DNA from: Chiloscyllium plagiosum | Lineage: Eukaryota | Reading direction: 5' to 3' | Assembly: GCF_004010195.1 (NCBI RefSeq) | Contig: NC_057718.1 | Location: 38,335,191-38,371,475 of the forward strand | DNA length: 36,285 bases | Part shown: in pieces, positions 30,273-36,285 of the stretch | Numbering within the stretch: position 1 is the first letter of the stretch | Layout: every line of letters starts with the position of its first letter | Notes under the pieces: generated by a model | The model's database searches: none | The model's input: the letters and a program-made list of their open reading frames with translations, nothing else | Told to the model about the DNA's origin: nothing | Made by a program: the position numbers and the translations under genes

Positions 30273-33200
30273 GTTGCTGGGTCAGGGATGTCTCTGATCA
30301 AGTCTACAGGATTTTTATGGGGAAGGGAGAGCAGCCAGAATGCATGGTACACATCAGTACCAATGACATAGGTAGGGAAGGGGAGGAGGACCTGAAAAGA
30401 GAATATAAGAAGTTAGATTGGAAACTAGAAGGCAAGACGAGCAGCGTTAGTAATCTCAGGATTACTACCGGTATCACATGCTAGTGAGGCTAGGGATAGA
30501 GAAAGAGTGCAGATGAACACGTGGCTGCAGGGCTGGTGTAGGAGGGAGGGCTTCAGGAATGTGGATCATTGGGATATCTTCGGGGGAACTTGGACTTGGA
30601 CAGAAGGATTTGTTGCACCTGAACTAGAGGGGCACCAATATTCTGGGTGGGAGGTTTGCTAGACCTCTTCAGGAGGGTTTAAACTAGATTGGCGGGGGAT
30701 GGGAACCTGAACGACAGGTCAGATGATGGAGTAAGTAGTGAACAGCCAGATACAGCGTGCAGAGAGTCTATGAGGAGGAACAGGCTCTTGATTGGGCAAA
30801 GGTGCAGTGAGTGTGATGGGTTGAAGTGTGTCTATTTTAATGCAAGAAGTATCAGGAATAAGGGTGACGAACTCGGAGTATGAATCACTACTTGGAACTG
30901 TGGTGTTATGGCCATTACGGAGACTTGGATATCACTGGGGTAGGAATGGTTGTTGGATGTTCCAGGGTTTAGATGTTTCAAAAGGAATGGGGGAAAAGGT
31001 AAAATATATGGAGGAGTGGCATTGCTGATTAGGAATAGTATCACAGCTGCAGAAAGGGAGTTCGTCAAGGAAGGTTTGTCAACAGAGTCAGTATGGGTGG
31101 AAGTCAGAAACAGGAAAGGTGCAGTCACTTTATTGGGAGTTTTCTACAGGCTCCCCGATAGCAACAGAGAGACAGACAAACAGAGGAGCCGACTGGGAGG
31201 CAGACTTTGGAAAGATGCAGAAGTAACAGGGTTGTTGTCACGGGTGACTTTAACTTCCCTAATATTGATTGTAACCTCCTTAGTTCATATAGTTTGGATG
31301 GAGCAGTTTTTGTCAAGTGTGTCCAGGAAGGGTTCCTGACACAATATTTAGAAAGGCTGACTGGAGGGGAAGCCATATTGGATTTGGTGGTTGGCAATAA
31401 ACCACGGCAGGTATCAGATCTCTCGGCGGGAGAACATTTTGTGATAGTGATCACAACTCCCTGACCTTTACTATACTTGTGGAGGGGGATAGGAGCAGAT
31501 GGTATGGGAAAGTTATCTAATTGGGGGAGGGGGAATTACAATACTATTAGACAGGAACTGGGTGGCCGAAATTGGGAACAGAATTCTCAGGGAAATGGAC
31601 AACAGAAATGTAGGAGTTGTTTTGGAAGCACTTGCTCATAGTACTGGACAGTTTTGTCCCACTGAGGCAAGGAAGGGATGATAGGTTGAAAGAACCTTGG
31701 GTGACAAGGGATGTGCAACATCTTCTTCCTAGTCAAGAGGAAGAAGGATGTTTACTTAAGATTGAGGAGACAGGATCAGACAGGGCTTTAGAGGGTTACA
31801 AGATAGCCAGAAAGGAACTGAAGAATGGATTTAGGAGAGCTAGAAGTGAACATGCAACAGCCTTAGGGGCTAGGATTAAGGAAGACCCTCGGGCGTTCTA
31901 CACTTATGTGAGGAACAAGAGGATGGCCAGAGTGAGGGAGGCCTGATCAGGGATAGTGGCGGGAACTCCTGCCTGAAGTTGGAGGAAGGAGGGGAGGTCC
32001 TTGACGAATACTTTGCTTTAGTATTCACTACTGAGAGGGACCTTGATGTTTCTGAGGACAGTGTGAAACTGACTGATAGGCTGGAACAGGTTGATTTTGG
32101 AAGGAGGATGTGCTGAAAATTTTGAAGAACTTAAGGTTAGATAAATCCCCGGGCCAGATGGGGTATACCCTGGGTCACTACAGGAAGTGAGGAAAGAGAT
32201 TGGTGCACCTTTGGTGATGTTCTTTGCGTCCTCACTGTCCACTGGAGTAGTGCCACATGATTGGAGGGTGGCAGATGTTATTCCTGTGTTCACGAAAGGA
32301 AATAGAGATAATCCTGGGAAATACAGACCAGTCAGTCTAAGGTGGGTAATGGCAAAGTATATGAGAGGATTCCGAGAGACAGGATTTATGATTACTTGGA
32401 AAACCATAGTTTGATTAGAGATAGTCAACATCGCTTTGTGAGGGGCAGATCATACCTCACAAACCTTATTGAATTATTTGAGGTTGTGACAAAACACATT
32501 GAAGGTAGAGCAGTGGATGGTGTACATAGATTTTAGCAAGGCATTTGATAAGGTTCCCCATGGTGGGCTCATTCAGAAAATAAGGCGGCATGGGATACAG
32601 GGAAATCTGACAGTCTGGATACTGAATTGGCTTGCCCATAGAAGACAGAGGGTGGTAGTAGATGGAAAGTATTTAGCCTGGAGTTCAGTAACCAGTGGTG
32701 TTAAAGCAAGGATCGGTTCTGAAACCTCTGCTCTTTCTGATTTTTACAAGTAATTTAGATGAGGAAGTGGAAGGGGGAGTTATTAAGTTCGCTGATGACA
32801 CGATTGGTGGAGTTGTGGATAGTGTGGAGGGCTGTTGTAGGTTGCAACGGGACATTGACAGAATGCAGAACTGGGCTGATAAGTGGCAGATTGAGTTCAA
32901 CCTGGAAAAGTGTGAAGTCATTCATTTTGTAAGGTCAAATTTGAATACAGTGTTAAAGGTAGGATTCTTGGCAATGAGGAGGAACAGAGGGATCTTAAGG
33001 TCTATGTCCATAGATCCCTCAAAGTTGCCACCCAAGTTGATAGGGTTGTTTTGAAAGTGTATGGTATGTTGATTTCGTTAGCGGGGGGATTGAGTTTAAG
33101 AGCCACGAGGTTATGCGGGCAGCTGTACAGAGCACTGGTTAGACCACATTTGGAATATTGTGTTCTGTACTGGTTACCTCATTACAGGAAAGATGTGGAA

Positions 33201-33660
33201 GATTAGGAGAGGGTGCAGAGGAAATTTACCAGGATACTGCCTGAACTGGTGGACATGCTTTCTGAAGAAAGGTTGAGGGACTTGGGGCTTTTCTAATTGG
33301 AGTGAAGGAGGATGAGGGTGACTTGATAGAGGTGTACAGGATGTTGAGAAGCATAGCTAGAGTGGATGGCCAGAGACATGTTCCCATAGCGGAAATGTCT
33401 ATCATGAGGGGGCATAATATTGGAGGAAGGTTTTGGGGAGATGTCAGGGGTAGCTTCTTGACAGTGCTGGGTGTATGGAATGCACTGCCAGTAATAGTTG
33501 TAGAGTCAGATACATTAGGGACAGTTAAGCGACTCTTGGATAGACACATGGAAGATAGTACTATGAGTGGTATGTAGGTTAGTCCAATCTTTAGAGTAAG
33601 ATAAAAGGCCAGCACAACATCAAGGACCAAAGGGCCTGCACTGTGCTGTTCTATGTTCCT
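30273..33660 (+). mobile_element. CR1 LINE of a second subfamily, truncated within ORF1, ORF2 near-complete but disrupted
   Basis: Esterase HISTND and KDLLHLN; ORF1 end QEGLN*; APE LKCVYFNARS and GDFNFP; RT DFSKAFDKVPH and KFADDT; tail gtgctgttctatgttcct. Confidence 0.92.
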
Positions 33661-35087
33661 CACTACTGCTTTGCCATGAGCCTCAATGACTTGATATAAC
33701 TTGAGAATTTAATTTTCAAAGATTTGTCCTCTTAACACATCTCTCTACTGAGACCCAAAACATAAAATCATTGGCTCAATCTAGCAAACTGGACAATGTT
33801 TGATCAACTCTTATAGACTGAACCAGAATTGCACTGGTGACCAAGTGCTATTTTTTTCTGTTCCACAATTTTCTTGAACAGAATTGTCTTTGTTTTGATC
33901 TTTGTTGATTTATTTAGCAAATGCAAAAATAATTGTTTTGCCCCCACTAGCTGGTCAAGAGGTTTCCTGTTAGATGGAACTGCATTTTTAAAAGCCATTT
34001 AATATTTCTGTTAATTGATTGACATCTTATCTCTTAACAGTCCATCTCTAATTTTATCATGCTGTGTCAAATCAAATATTTGGTTAGTTTAGATCCTTTG
34101 TTGAAGAAGATGTGTGATTTCATATCAATTTCATAATGTAAGTCAGTAAATATTGTTAAGGAAATAATGAAAATTTTCTCAATGCATTTAGCAACAACAT
34201 TTCGATACCAAGCAGCTGACCCTGCTATGAATTTCTCAGAAATATTTGAGAAATTAGTATCAAATTATTTCCAACAAATCCTGCATTTTTTTTAATGAAT
34301 GTATTTCCCTACCAAATGCATGATTTGAAATAAATTTACCCATCAATGTCTGAGAACTGTTAAGCTTTAAATACCTTTTATTTGCTTGGACAGCTGCAAC
34401 CACAATCTACTACATGTCTTTCATCAGGAAAAACTTCAGAAGACTATGTAAATAATCTTGCAAATAATCTGCGATAAATTCTCAAACTGGGAATGGTGAC
34501 TGAAAATGAAAAACTTCTCCATGGAGTGAAATTGGTAGTAAACATTATCAGAACGTTGTCATGCTCTGATAAGATTCCTTGAAAACTCTAACATAAAAAC
34601 TTGTTCCTAGAAGATCAGTGCATGGAGTAGTCTGTTTTGATGTTCAGAGCTAAATTTGTCATTGCATCAAATTGTCGTCCATTGTTGTATCAATTGTCCA
34701 ATAGTGATGAACTTGAATAATGTTTATTTCACAAACTATGCTTGATCACATCTTTGTTTTTTGACTGAGTAAAGCAAGTGATTGGTGACATTTTAAATTT
34801 GTTCAGTGTAACTATTTGTCTAGGGGTGAAATTATTAAATAATATTTAAATGTCAGTTGTATATTATTTGACATATCGACTGTCATTTATTCCATGTGGT
34901 GTTGAGTCTCCGCTGATTTGGTTATCTGAATGAATTTTTCATATCAACGAACAGATGTCAACCAGTTTGAATATCCTGTATCATCTTACAACTGCTGCAT
35001 CAGCAGATTCATTTTCTAATTTAGACCCAAGGTTTTGCATCTGGACACCTTTTTATCAAAGATGATGCCAGAATTGGTGACTTTCTA

Positions 35088-35158
35088 CACTTTTCACGGT
35101 ACTCATGTATGCCTATACTTGAGTACATGTGACAATAAAATCTAATTCTAATTCTAAA
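35088..35158 (+). mobile_element. Short non-LTR retroelement 3' tail (Rex/Babar-like)
   Basis: cttttcacggtactc...gagtacatgtgacAATAAAatctaattctaattctaa: a hairpin, AATAAA and a short tandem tail. Confidence 0.45.
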
Positions 35159-35344
35159 ACTGTCAGATCTAAGCAGCAACGGAAGGGCTATTTGTTACTT
35201 CTGAAATGCTAGCTTTTTAAGCAATAATACTCTCTTTTTAATTGATCATTGATTTTTAAAAAAAAATCCTATTATAATACTGAGAATGAATTTCTTTTCC
35301 CATACTCCATATTAGACACAAACATTTAGGAATGAAATTTAACC

Positions 35345-35875
35345 AGGGCCTCTAACGATACAATAGAGAGCTTAAGGTGAAGGAACCCCTGGGGACAGTG
35401 ACCGTAGTATGATAGAATTCATCCTGCACTTTGAGAGGGAGAAACATTACAGTTCAAAGACAAGAGGGAGGAGTTGGCCAGAGTTGGTTAGAAGGGGAGT
35501 CTAGCAGGGAAGATAGTGGAGCAGCAATGGCAGGAATTTTGGAGGTGATTCAGGGGCACAGCAGAAATTCATCCCAAGGCAGAAGGAAGGGAAGGATAAC
35601 ACAACTATGGCTGACGAGGGAAGTCAGGGACAGCATAAAAACAAACAAAACATCATACAATGTGGTGAAGACGAATGGGAAGCCTTTTACAAACCAGTAG
35701 AGGACAACTTAAACAAAACACTCAGGAGAAGATGAAATAAGAGTATAAGCTAGGTAGCAATAAAACTAGATTGGAAGTGTTTTTGTTAGATATCTAAAAG
35801 GTAAGAGAGAGGCAAGAGTAAATAGTGGAATATTGGAAAATGAGACTAGAGTTGTCAATGGAACAAAAGAAATTC
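35345..35875 (+). mobile_element. Decayed CR1 ORF2 internal fragment (third subfamily)
   Basis: Encodes EPLGDSDRSMIEF (SDH-like motif) and WLTREVRDSIK. Confidence 0.7.
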
Positions 35876-35957
35876 CAGGCACCCTCTACTCCCTGTGTTT
35901 TTTAAAAACAGTTTTTCCTCTCGTCCTTTCTATTCCCTTTCTGCCACTTAACTTGAA

Positions 35958-36285
35958 TCACAGAGTCATAGAGATTTACAACATGGAAACATACCCTTTG
36001 GTCCAACCCGTCCATGCTGACCAGATATCCCAACCCAATCTAGTCCCACCTGCCAGCAACCAGCCCATATCCCTCCAAACCCTTCCTATTCATATACCCA
36101 TCCAAATGCCTCTTAAATGTTGCAATTGTAGCAGCCTCCACCATTGCCCCTGGCAGCTCATTCCATACACATACCACCCTCTGCGTGGAAAAGTTGCCCC
36201 TTAGGTCTCTTTTATATCTTTCCCCTCTCACCCTAAACCTATGCCCTCTAGTTCTGGACTCCCTGACCCCAGGGAAAAGACTTTG
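35958..36285 (-). mobile_element. CR1 3' end, same subfamily as 1643-5578, running off the window
   Basis: ORF 36040-36231(-) RGERYKRDLRGNFSTQRVVCVWNELP; tail cagagtcatagagatttacaac. Confidence 0.92.

Overview
Vertebrate genomic DNA, very probably from a shark or other cartilaginous fish, judging by the HE1/V-SINE-like, DeuSINE-like and CR1/HER1-like repeats. The window lies inside a + strand gene and holds two coding exons (15077-15165 and 23381-23494) of the SANT domain of an ELM2-SANT co-repressor that best matches TRERF1. The rest is intron, packed with CR1-clade LINE copies (one apparently full-length, several nested), SINEs, an L2 tail, MITEs and Penelope-type repeats. Three observations stand out. 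(1) A 217-bp insert flanked by a perfect 14-bp target-site duplication forms a 92-bp-arm hairpin and carries a minimal hammerhead-ribozyme motif on each strand. (2) A U_UUA_AAC slippery heptamer abuts the ORF1 stop of two different CR1 subfamilies; in the fuller copy the -1 frame runs without a stop or ATG into the ORF2 endonuclease, suggesting programmed -1 frameshifting. (3) Two closely similar CR1 copies in opposite orientation bracket the two SANT exons, a layout that can favour back-splicing or exon skipping. Family names come from recalled similarity, not database searches, and repeat boundaries are approximate unless stated.
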